A DNA stretch of 64,000 nucleotides from Camelus dromedarius (lineage: Eukaryota): NCBI RefSeq assembly GCF_036321535.1, contig NC_087437.1:74774001-74838000 (forward strand), in the 5' to 3' direction. Shown in pieces: positions 1 through 10,830 of this stretch (position 1 is the stretch's first letter; each line of letters starts with the position of its first letter). A program made the position numbers and the translations under genes. The notes beneath the pieces are model-generated. The model worked only from the letters and a program-made list of their open reading frames with translations. It was not told the origin of the DNA and ran no database searches.

Positions 1-1345
1 CTGAGAGGATGTCAGTGAAGAATGTTGAGACCAAACGGTGGGAAGGATCAAGCTAGGGCTGAAATGTGATCTGGTGTCCGGGTGTGGTTGTAAAAAGTAT
101 AGTGACCAGAGCAAGCAGGGCCCTAAAAGCCATGGCATGGAGTTGAAATTACAATTGAAGAACAATGAGAAATCATTGAGGGAGTAATATTTTGTATTTT
201 TAAAAGGACATTCTGCCTGTTGAGTGGAGAATGTATTAGGTGGGAGCAAGCATGGGGTGGAACATGCAGTAAAGAGGTTCCTCGCATTAGTCCAGGTGAG
301 TAGATGGCGGTGGCAGTGGTGGAGAACAGAGCATGTGTTGAGGTATTTTGGGAACCATATACCAATACTTGCTCCTGGATTTTATGTGGTAAGTGAGGGA
401 AGTTACCGAGGATGAAATTCAGGTTTCTAACTTTGAAACCAAATGGATGACAGTGCTGATGCGTTTGCTGAAATGTGGAAAACCGGGCATGGGTGAGGGC
501 AGATTAGGAGGATTAAGAGGTCTCATGCAGTAAAAATACTGGATTGCCTCTTTTCTCTAAACATAATACAAAATAAAAACAATGCTGTTATAACATAAAT
601 GAGAAGATGTCTAATCAAATTCCAACCCTGATGACTACCTATATAGTTTTATTTTAAAATATTAAATATTAAATTTATTTCTTAAAAATCTGGGGGCAGG
701 GGTTTCCCCTGTTTTGTTGGGGTTCTATTTGCAAGCTTAGTCTTCTCATTCAATTACCATGCCCTGGGGAAAAAAATCAAGAGTTATTTTGGTAAATTAA
801 GATAACATGTAAAATTGCTAAGAGATATCAAGTGGGTAGCTGGATATACAATCATGGGGGCTCAGAGGGTGAAAAAGATACATAAATTTGTGAGTTGTCA
901 GCATAGATGTTCTTAAAATATACATAAATAGATGAGATCACCCAAAGAAAATGTGTAGGGAGAAAAGAGATCCTGGTGGATTTCTAGCATTCAGATGAGG
1001 AGCAGGCAAAGGAGACTAAAATAGAGTGGCCAGACTAGAAAATGATGTCAGGGAAGCTAAGAGGAGAGTAATTCAGCAATGAGACAGTATACAGTGGTGT
1101 CAGTGCTTCTGCATGGTCAAGTAAGATGATGTCAGAGAAGTGGATGTTATTGGTAACCTTAGCATGTAGGATTTTCAGGTTATTGTTGAGACTGACACAG
1201 AGTGAGAAGCTAATAGAAGGTGAAGAAGTAGAAACAATGTGTGTAGAAAGTTTTTGTAATGTTTTACCCTAAGGGAGAAAAGACAATTTGTACAATAACT
1301 GGAGGGGATTATAAGGTCAGGGGATATTCTATTTGGCTTTGCTTT
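1..1345 (-). mobile_element. Old LINE-2 (L2) fragments, interrupted by the ERV and resuming at ~6529-6650
   Basis: Purine-rich, L2-antisense-like text (e.g. 'gagatatcaagtgggtagctggatatacaatc', 'gatgttattggtaaccttagca'). L2-like sequence continues directly after the ERV at 6529. The part at ~540-770 is unassigned. Confidence 0.7.
274..407 (+). repeat. 134-bp donor segment duplicated at 3236-3369
   Basis: Direct repeat, colinear without gaps; 3 internal substitutions plus 1 at the junction by hand comparison. Confidence 0.97.
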
Positions 1346-1611
1346 TGTTACCTACCCTCCCAAGTCGGTCTCCAGCAAGGGTCCTTCTGCCCAAGGTCAT
1401 TTGTGCCAATAGAATGAGACCGAGTTTGGTTTAGAAGCAAAGAAAAGCTTTATTCTTTTATCAGAGACTGGAGAGGTGTGAGCTTGCACTCTATAGCACA
1501 TGCTCTCTGCAAAGCCCATGGGCGGGCTGCTTAATAGGGATCTTGGCAGTGGGGAAGGGGCAGAGCTCTCACAGGGCAGACACAGCTGTGCTGCTCGTGC
1601 TCCTGGTCGCA
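1346..1611 (-). mobile_element. 3' LTR remnant (U5, R and part of U3)
   Basis: Aligns to ~6035-6305. AATAAA on the minus strand at 1449-1454. Homology stops near 1605-1611, where pol sequence begins. Confidence 0.88.
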
Positions 1612-4123
1612 GGTCTAATTCTTCCTTTGTGTAGATTGGGGAGTAACTGGATGAATCTGGCCTTCAAGGTATGTGGGGTAGTTGCCAAATTACTGCTTCT
1701 AGGGGCGCCATTTTGGCAGTTGTGTCCCCGCCTTGTTGTTTCTCTTTATTACCTCAGCATTCCCCTTTTAGTGACATCTGCAGTAATTAATGCCACCTTT
1801 TTTGGAAGCTGTATTGCGTCTAAGAGCTTCAATATGCTTAAACCATGTTTCACCTGTTTATTCTCTGCAGTAAGCATACCTTTTTCCTTATAAATAATAG
1901 CCTGTGTGTATGTAAGATGGCATACGCATACCAGGAATCCATGTAAACATTTCAGATCTTCCTTGTCCCCTGCTCTAAGGCTCAGGTGAGGGCTATCAGT
2001 TCTGCCTTTTGGGCAGAAGTCCCTGGGGGTAGGTTTTGTGTTCCTGTGACTTGGGTCTGGGAGGTCACTGCGTATCCTGCCAGCCTTTTTCTCTCTCTCG
2101 TAAGACTGATTCCATTTGTCAACCATTCTTCTTTGGCATTTGGGAGAGGCTCACTTCCTAGGTTGGGGCAACTGGAATAGATCATGTCTATGGTTTCTGT
2201 AGTTATGCTCCAGGGGCCCTGTGGGTAGCAGGATGGCAGGATCTAGCATATGACAGGTTTTTATGGTAGCCACTGGGTTGTCAAAAAGCATAGACTGAAC
2301 TTGAATCAATCTTCTGGGGGTTAGCCATTCTGTTCCCTTATAACTTACTAAAGCCTGAACCTGGTGTGGAGTACTTATAGTGACTGACTGATCAAACATT
2401 AAATTTTCAGCCTCCTGTAGCAGGGTTGTAGTAGCTGCTACTACCCGTAGGCAAGGAGGCCATCCCTTAGCAGTTTCACCGAATTGTTTACAGAAATAAG
2501 CAACCACTGGAGTAAGGAATCCTTGTTTTTGAGCTAATACCCTAAGGGAAGTTCCCTTTTGTGAATGTTGAAGTCAAAGTGTTTAGCTAAATCTGGGAGG
2601 GCCAGGGCCTGAAGTAATTGCTTTTTCAATTCTTGAAAGACCCCTTCACATTCTGAATCCCATTCAAAAGGATCATCATCCTTTCTTTTCAATTTTTCAT
2701 GTAGAGGTCTAGCTATTAGACCATAGTTAGGGATCCAGATGGGACTAAACCCAGCCACCCCCAGGAAACTCCTAAGCTGTCTTCTAGTTTTAGGAGATGT
2801 GAAGCCGCAAATGACTTCTTTCCTTTCCTGGAGTAGACTTCTTTGACTTTTTATGAGAATGAAGCCTAGGCAGGTCACCCTAGTTTATGATATTCAAGCT
2901 TCTTTCTTGGACACCTTATATCCTTTATGGGCTAGTTTAAGGTGGTTACAGTATTTTTGTTAGAGGCCTCATTGGTAGGGCTGGCAAATAGAATGTTGTT
3001 TATATATGGGAGGAGGGTTCCCTCCTCCAGAGGTATATCTTTTGGGTCTTTAGCTTAAGTTTCCCCAAAGATGGTGGGGGAATTTTTGAACCCTTGGGAC
3101 AGGACTGTCCAGCAGTGTTGCTTTTTTGTGTTTCATGTTTGTATCCTGCCACTCAAAAGAAAAAATTCTTGTGACTCTGGGGCTAATGGAATATAGAAGA
3201 AGGCATCTTTTAAATCTAATACAGATTACCAGGAGGAGGTTCCTCACATTAGTCCAGGTGAGTAGATGACGGTGGCAGTGGTGGAGAACAGAGCATGTGT
3301 TGAGGTATTTTGGGAGCCATATACCAATACTTGCTCCTGGATTTTATGTGGTAAGTGAGGGTAGTTACCTGCTGGTAGAGTGGCTAGCAGGGTGTAAGGA
3401 TTAGGGACTACTCGATATATATCCCAGGTGGCTTCACTGACTGCCCTAAGGTCCTATTCTATTTAGTATTCCCTATTGGGTTTCTTTACAGGGAGAAAGA
3501 GGTGATTACCGGCTGGCTGGTATGGTCTAATAAGGCCCTGGCTAGTTAGGCCTGTATAACAGGGGCAATACCCAACAAGGCCTCCCGAGGGAGAGGATAT
3601 TGTTTTCTATTGGGCCATTATGTCCAGGTTTTAGATGGACCATCCCAGGACTGGCCCCTACAACTTGTCCCCCTTGTCCCTGATTTACTCAAGATTTATT
3701 CCAGGGAGAACAGCCTGCTCTGTCCAGGGAGGTTTTTCCTCAGCCATTAACATTATCATCTAGGCCCCTTTGTCTAAGGGGATGCCAGTCTTCAATTTGT
3801 TTCCCATTAGGTGGATAGTAGCCCCCAATTTATGCAAGATATCTCTTTCTAGCAGAGATATAGGGCATTTGGGGACATAAGGAAGGAATGAGAGAGCATA
3901 TGTTCACTCAGTTTACATTCTGATTGCTCTATGAATGCCTGTTCTTGGCCCTTCCCTGATAGCCCCATAATTTTACACTTTTTGTGACTCGTCTGGTGTT
4001 TAGAACCAAGTAAGTGACACTGGTGTCAATTAAGAATTTGACAGTCTTTTCCCCTATGTCCAATGTCAGCTGGGGATCCTCAGGGGTCAATTGGAGTGCC
4101 AGCTTAGGAGCTCCCTGGCCCCA
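1612..4123 (-). pseudogene. pol: ERV pro-pol pseudogene (protease, RT, tether, RNase H), frameshifted; integrase absent
   Basis: Protease FLIDTSVTY (DTS at 4019-4027); RT VPNPYTLL, VLDLKDAFF, WTVLSQGFKNSPTIF, YINN (2995-3006), LRSFLGVAGF; tether VAYFCKQ...GWPPCLR; RNase H AGYAV...SAQKAELIALT. Confidence 0.93.
3236..3369 (+). repeat. Inserted copy of 274-407 within the ERV RT gene
   Basis: Splits RT between ...LPAGNY and W*SVLDLKDAF. Confidence 0.95.
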
Positions 4124-5384
4124 TCATTCTTCATCTATTTGGATCATCTGCCTTTGAGGGTAGTGACCAGAATCTTCCATTTTCAAGGCATTCTCCCTTT
4201 CAGTATCCCTCTTATTTACATATGGCACAATGATTGGGTCCTAGTTTCCTTGGTTTGCTATCCCTTGTTGGGGTTCAGGGATCACTCACCAGAGTGGAGA
4301 CTCTCTGTGGGCAATTAGGCCAGATTCCTGTGCTGAATGGTCAATACTGGAGGGCAACAGCCAGGAGGTGGGTTTGCCTTCAGGCCTTTTTATACTCTGA
4401 CTTTTCCTCTTATATATTTCACTTATTAAATGCCCGGTAGGCAACCTTGATCAGGTGAGGGGTAGGGGCATCTGGTTCTATTTCCATTTTCTGATGTTTA
4501 CACCTAGTATTGGGGGGCACTTTGGGAAATGAAATGCTACCTCCAGATTGCATTCCCTTCCAATGACTCAGGGTCAGTGGTGGTAGATATGGAGGCATTC
4601 CCTGAGGTGCTCTAATGCTAAGGATTTTCTGTTGGCTTCTGATTGATTTCCTGTATCTTATTCCAGTTGACAGGTTTCTGTCCTGCTGTCTGGATTCTCT
4701 TTAGGATCATACTTTTATAATGGGTCAGCCTCTGTCTTTCACCCTCTTCTCCATTGTCTCATTGGTCCCAGTTGGGTTCATTATCTAGGACTGCTTGACT
4801 CCCCAGTCTGAAAATAGCATAACCTGCATTGTTTCTGTTCTCTTTGTTTGCTTTTTCTTGGGATTTTGAAAATTGTGGCCTTTTCTTCCCCTGTTAGGAG
4901 TACTTTGAGGAGGCTCTGGATGTCAGCCCAGGTGGGTTCCTGAGTCTAAAAGATTCCCCTAATCAGATTCAGGTACCCCTCTGGATCTTCCCTCAATCCC
5001 TTACTATGAGCCTTCAAGTTATACAGGTCAAAAGTGGTAAATAGGATGTGCATCTGGATGCACCCTTCTCTACTGGGGACCTGCTTCAAAGGGAGTACTT
5101 TTCCTGGTGGGTTGTTGCACCCTGGCTGGTAATTAGTAATGTAAATACTAGAAGATTTGACCCAAATAAGATTTCTGGCTCAGGAAATTTGGAACCAGCA
5201 CCAAACTGATAGACCAAAGACCAAAATGGAAGGCATCCAAATGGTATGGACTTGGATGTACCAGGGTCCCCCTTAAGTCTGTAGTTAGTCCTTCCTCAGT
5301 AAGAATATCCCACAGGAGTTTAGATGGGACTACCTCCCGTCCAGAGCAGCTTAACCATGTTATTTCCTGGCTAACTTGGTCCAT
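4124..5384 (-). pseudogene. gag: ERV gag pseudogene
   Basis: Capsid-like HILFTTFDLYNLK...EDPEGY; degenerate zinc knuckle CAICK*EGY*KGEC (~4188-4230); C-terminus MIQIDEE-TGA (stop at 4124-4126), resembling HERV-W/9-type gag ends. The start position is uncertain. Confidence 0.8.
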
Positions 5385-5504
5385 TAGGGAGTGGCACAGC
5401 TGTCTGCGGCGGTGGTCTTCTCTTTCACTCTTTCTGGAGAAAAGGAGGAGTTTTTAGACTTCCTGCCAGTTGAGAGCTGAAAACACATGGGATTCCCACA
5501 GGGT

Positions 5505-5513
5505 ACTCACCAG
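5505..5513 (-). promoter_or_regulatory. Candidate retroviral major splice donor in the leader
   Basis: CTG|GTGAGT between the PBS and gag. Confidence 0.45.
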
Positions 5514-6010
5514 AACACCGGGACAGCTGGTATCTGTGCTGATACAGGGAGGCGAGCTCATGGAACCTCGGTCGATAAACAGTCACCCAAGATTCACCTC
5601 ACAAGCAGAGAGGGGAGGAGAGGTCAGACAGTGAGTGTTTCCTGTTCTTGCCAGCAGCTCATAGGACTTCCCAATAATGAGGTTTCTGGTCTTTTGAGCA
5701 GCTCACAGAACTCTCCATCCCACCTCAGAGACACTAGCACTGACCAGAAGAGGTCATGTACCTACCTTGGGACACTTCTACACTTAGGCATCACATTGCC
5801 TTTCTTTAAACTCAGATTGAGCAGCATCATTCCATTTTGCCAGGTGCTCCTTATTAAATGGGCCTTTTCCTGGTCTCGCCTCTTGGCACACAGGGCTGGC
5901 CACTTTCCTTTACCAAACCAAAAGTGACTATAGAGCAGGTTATTGTTGACCCCTGGAGGTCTGCAAGCCTAGAGCCTGGTGGATAGGTGTAGGTAAAAAG
6001 TCCATAGTCT

Positions 6011-6028
6011 GTACCTTCATGGTCGCCA
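6011..6028 (-). promoter_or_regulatory. Primer binding site, tRNA-Arg type
   Basis: TGGCGACCATGAAGGTAC, 6 nt from the LTR end; 16/18 match to TGGCGACCACGAAGGGAC, the complement of the tRNA-Arg(TCG) 3' end as recalled. Confidence 0.85.
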
Positions 6029-6034
6029 AAATTT

Positions 6035-6524
6035 TGTTACTGGCCCTCCCAAGTAGGTACCCAACAAGGGTTCTTCTGCCTGGTCTCATTTGAGTCAATG
6101 AAACAAAATGGAGTTCAGTTTAGAAGCAAAGGAAAGCTTCATCCTTTGATCAAAGAATGGAGTGGTGTGAGTTCACACTCTAGAGTTACATGGTCTTCCC
6201 GAAAGGCCAAGGGTAGGGCTGCTTTATAGGGTTCTTGTTGGCAGGGAGAGGAAGGAGCCAGAGTTCTGGTGGGTGGGTGCAGCCGTGCTGCTCATTGTGC
6301 TCCGGATTGAAGTGCCACATGCAGCATCTCTGCACACGGCCCATATACAGAAGTGTTGGTTGCAGCCATTTAGCACTAGGAACTCTGGCCTGAAATGATG
6401 CCCCATGAGCAGGTGAAACTCATAAGACTGAGACAAAAGGGGGGAAAAAAGGTTAGACTTTATTTTATTACCCAGATTCTATTTTTAATTTCCTGGGAAT
6501 GGTTAATGGGTTTTTCCAGTGACA
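6035..6524 (-). mobile_element. 5' LTR (490 bp)
   Basis: Reads TGTCAC...GTAACA on the minus strand; TATAAA at 6223-6228; next to the PBS; homologous to 1346-1611. Confidence 0.9.
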
Positions 6525-8405
6525 CTTTTAAGGATGAATGATCATAACACATCTTTGCATAAGAAGAATGATCCAGCAGGGAGGAAAGGTTGGTTGATTG
6601 CAGAAGAGAGAAGGGATAACTGAAGGAGCAAAATTCTTGAGAGAATATGAGAGACTTCCTATTTGATGCTTAAGAATAAGGAGAAAATACCTTAAAATAT
6701 TCATCTTTGTGTTCCTTGGCCAACATTCTTGTCTGAAATCTTGCATATGTAACTTTGTGTTTTTTTCTCTTAAAAAGAGATCTTAAATTTTACAAGGCTG
6801 AAGTCCCTAAAAACCTGGCTCTCCCTAAGGGGAGATAGTATTACCATCCCACAATGGAGAGGTAGATGGTTTTGAGCCTGCATGTATTAAGTTCAAGGAA
6901 TTATTCTTTTGTTTGTTTGTTTTTAATGTTAGACTAGAATTTCTCTCAATGTCTCTGGGATCCTTTAGAAGGTGGATAATCCAGCGTTATATGCACCTAT
7001 CTGGGAGGCCTGTGGAGTGTGTCATTGCTTATAAAAATGAATTCCAATTTTCTGTAAGGGTGAGTCCAGCAGTGTCAGCACAGGCAGACCTTCATTTTAA
7101 ATGTGCTTTTCTATTCATGTTTTTTTGCTGCTGCCTAAAAAAAGAAAGAATGGGCATATTGGCCAAACAGATATATGCCATAAAAACCTTACTTTTCTAA
7201 CTAGATTTGCATCTGTAGTATCTCCCAAATTAAAGTTAAAATGTTTGGATTTTGAGGATATCTCAGTACCCAATGAAGGGAATGACAAGCCAGGAGGAAA
7301 ACTTTTTAAGACATCAGCATTTTTTCTTCTTCTGTGAATAGGAAATATGTTACGTTCAGAGAGACAACAAAGAATAGAATAAAAATGATCCACACACTTT
7401 CCAGAAGCATTCTAGGTAGATTGTAAGGTATGAAATTAAACATACATGAGTATACTAAAGAGTTGTCTATCAGTACCATTATATCCAAATCCCAGAGCCT
7501 TAGGCATGAGTCAGGATGGTGGTATGAAAGAAACCTGAGGAAGTATAATTCCATGGACTATGGCATTCTGAGTAATAGTGCACTGAAATAAACTCGTATC
7601 CTGTGCCTGGAGTTTGAACCACTTTCTACGGTGTACCAGGGAGACAATGGACTTGAAGAGTAAGAATGATCAAATACCCATGGCTAAATAGGACCAAGAC
7701 AAAAATCTACTTCATCTGCCCTGTGTGTGAAATGAGGGTGAAGTTTCAATTTGAAAGGGTGCCCAAAAATGTTCCCAGGGCCTCTGCCAGTTTTCAGTGT
7801 TTAATGGAGAAGGTAACTGGGGAAACATAAATTACCTAGAGGCATTTATCTATTTAAATGACAAAATCATTTTTGGCAGGATTCTGGAAAAGCCAGAGCA
7901 AAGACTTCTTAAAGTTAGGAAGGGCAAGGCTTTTGATGTTCCCTGATAAGTATTAATGCTGACAAACCTTTATGAATTATGATGGGCAAGTAAAGACACA
8001 GCATAAAGTGCACTGTTCCTCAGAAAAATAACGATAGTCAAATTAAATACTTTGAGGTTAGTGATGACCAGAGGACACTGTGAAGAGTATTCCCTAATTG
8101 CTAAGCTACTAACAATTTGACAGATTACCAGGTTAAAGGCAAGGAAGGCCGCAGGGCACACAGCATGTGGCAATATGGCCATGTGTCTTCTCTAACTTTT
8201 CAGGGATTACTGGTTGAAAGCCTGTGACCAGGCAGTCATGGAAACCCATTCTGGCTACTTACCTGGAGGAGATTCAAAGAAGGAAGACATTGAAATCAGT
8301 GTGCATGGATTTTTCTTACCTTGGACCTTGATACTTGTAATCTGATCCAGTTTTTTTTTTCCTGGCTATCTTACTTGGCAACAGATATTATAAATATAAG
8401 TGGGT

Positions 8406-8550
8406 ATTTTTTTTTCCTTTTTAATTGAATATTCTGTCAGTTTCTGTGTACAGCACAATGCTTCAGTCATACATGAATATACATATATTTGTTTTCATAT
8501 TCTTTTTCACAAGATATCAAATATAGTTCCCTATAATATACAATATGAAT
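8406..8550 (-). mobile_element. Short L1 3'-end fragment (cetartiodactyl/camelid type)
   Basis: Poly-T followed by 'ttaattgaa...tgtacagcacaatgcttcagtcatacatgaatatacatatattt', typical L1 3'UTR antisense. Confidence 0.7.
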
Positions 8551-8685
8551 GTTTAAAGTCCAGGAGTTTCAACTTCCCTTCTTAAAAACTAACTCACTTA
8601 TATTCTAGACTCTAGGCGAGGTGAGATCTACAACACTTGTTTGGAAAGAAAGAGGAAGGACAAATTTACTTTGGGTAGTGAAAGA

Positions 8686-8782
8686 ATGAAGGAAGGAAGG
8701 GAGGGAGGAAGGGAGGAAGGAAGGAAGAAAGGGTAATGAGATACAAAAGATATAGACACACACACATACACACATATATATA
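8686..8782. repeat. (GAAG)n and (CA)n/(TA)n simple repeats
   Basis: Directly visible. Confidence 0.85.
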
Positions 8783-9929
8783 AATTTTCCAATTTTTCCT
8801 AAATCAGTTTTTACAGTGTGGCTTTATTTTCTGGTTTCAAAAACTGTGACTTCCTGAAAAATTAGCTTCACAAATGTAAATTAATAATTCTCAAGCCAAA
8901 TGAAAATGACTTTTATTATCTATGCTCCTATTCATGTCTAATAGCTCCAATAATCAGAATGAAAGCAGGCTCAGATTCTCTGGCTACAGAAAATAAGGCT
9001 AAGGAAAATGCAGCATGTCAATTAAGGTCTCGTGGTAAATCAGTAATAAAGCTCGGAATAAAACACCCATGTTCTAACTTCCAGTGATAGGATCACTAAT
9101 TTACACTATTCTGCTTCTAATGAGCACTGATTATTTTAAAGATATAAAAGTTCAGCTCTTTCACAATGCTGAGCATGCTGCTGGCTGTGTTGTATTCATG
9201 GTATCACTGGAGGTAGAAATGAAAAAGTCCGATTAGGGCATCTTGTCCACTTCCTGGAGACACGAATATCTCCATCAACTGCAATGGCTCATCTGATGAA
9301 AATTTCATTGTAGGTTGAGAATTGATTGCAGAATTTGGCTGGCAGTAGGAATAAGGCTGAATGGGATGATGGAATGGGCTTATTAAAAAAAAAAAAGAAA
9401 GAAAAAAGGAGGCAGAAGCCAATTGGGGAAACATCAGAGGGGGTAGATCTCTTGTAGGACCACACACTGTGAGTGACTGTTAGAGGTCATAATTCATCTG
9501 TGTACAAGGGTATTGAGTTTATTCTAAATAAAAATAAAAAAATATTACATCTTTCTTAGGAAGACCATTCAACAGGGCTGGATTCCTAGTAGTCCCTGAA
9601 GTCAGTTCTCTTTTGTTCTATTCTCATAGCTCAATTAGAGTGGAAATAAAAAGATCTGGTAGAAAATGGATGTTTCTTTAACACATAAGAAAATTTAGCT
9701 CCCTGATGTTTGTGCAGCTTTCCATAATACCTCATCCTTTTTCTTTTATAACCTAGTAAACCATCAGAAAATACACTTTATTAGTCGCTTTATCAGGCCA
9801 AGGGAAACCCCTCAGGCTTCACCTCCCATCTTTACCTTAGCACACTGCCTATTTTGTTACCTCTTTGACTTTAATTTCTGGAGGTTAAGTGATTTTTCAT
9901 AACATCAGGAGACATAGTTACCAGGGGAA

Positions 9930-10340
9930 CTTGATTAGAACCTGCCTCCTGATCTGTTTCTCCTACTGCATCCCTGCTCTAGCTAATGCTATGACCATCC
10001 ACCAAGATGGAATCATGAATTCCATCCTCCTTATGCATTGGGAGGGCAAGTTTTTAATTCTACCTCAGAAATGTCTGGTGAACTGGTCACATATTTTCCA
10101 TCCTTATTGCTTCTACCTTCCCCTACCCTTTTTCATCTTTCACCTATAGTCTTAGCAAGTTTTCTAAATGACTTTCTTGCCACAAATTTCTCCCCTCTCT
10201 AATCCACTTTATACAGTTTACAAAGAAACAATGATGATCATGTCCCTTTTGTATGGAAAGACACCCAAATCCCTTCTAATGGCAAAACCTAATCAATCTG
10301 CTTCCAGAATACCTATCTTTATTTTTCACCATACCCTTTA
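9930..10340 (+). mobile_element. L2 fragment
   Basis: Pyrimidine-rich L2-like text, e.g. 'atgctatgaccatccaccaag...tccatcc...ctaatccactttatacag'. Confidence 0.5.
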
Positions 10341-10402
10341 TCCACCCTCGCCAACCATTATGTCATTTTTTTAAAACACAACCTACCCCTTTAAGTTTCT
10401 AA

Positions 10403-10830
10403 GTCATTAGGATTAAATTTGAATTTATGGGACAGGAAACAAGTGTTATAAGTGGTTCATACCACTTATTTAAATTTCTCTCACATAAAATAAGTCAAGA
10501 GATAGGCAGTCCAAGGATGGTGTGGCAACCCCACGGTTATCTCAGCCCCAGACTCCTATCTTCCTGTCTTACCATTGTCAGCACACACTTCCATACTTCT
10601 TAAATGCACTCATAACCCACGGTGGCTTCTAGAGCTCTAACCATCGCATTTGAGTTCCAGGCTGACAAGAAGAAGAAGAGAAATACTCATTTCTTTCCCT
10701 TTAAGGAAACTTCTTGGAAGTCTCACATCATATACTTACATGTCATTGTATAGAACTTTGTCACATGGCTGTGCAATATAGCTTGAGAAGCTGCAAAATT
10801 TACATTTTGAATTGAGTTTGTTTACAACCC
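10403..10830. mobile_element. MaLR LTR (MLT1J/K-like)
   Basis: 'tttctctcacataaaataagtcaagagataggcagtccaagg...cattgtatagaactttgtcacatggc' resembles old MLT1 consensus. Confidence 0.65.

Larger units (their letters stand above)
1346..6524 (-). mobile_element. Decayed class I endogenous retrovirus (ERV1, HERV-W/HERV-9-like), IN and env deleted
   Basis: TG...CA ends (tgtta at 1346, gaca at 6524), 4-bp TSD CTTT (1342-1345 and 6525-6528), two homologous LTRs, PBS, and gag/pro/RT/RNaseH motifs. Confidence 0.93.

Noticed and set aside
1543..1893. 116-aa hydrophobic plus-strand ORF
   Set aside because: Antisense to the pol/LTR deletion junction, non-ATG start, no recognisable family.
5487..5927. 146-aa plus-strand ORF
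   Set aside because: Antisense to the ERV leader, no recognisable motif.
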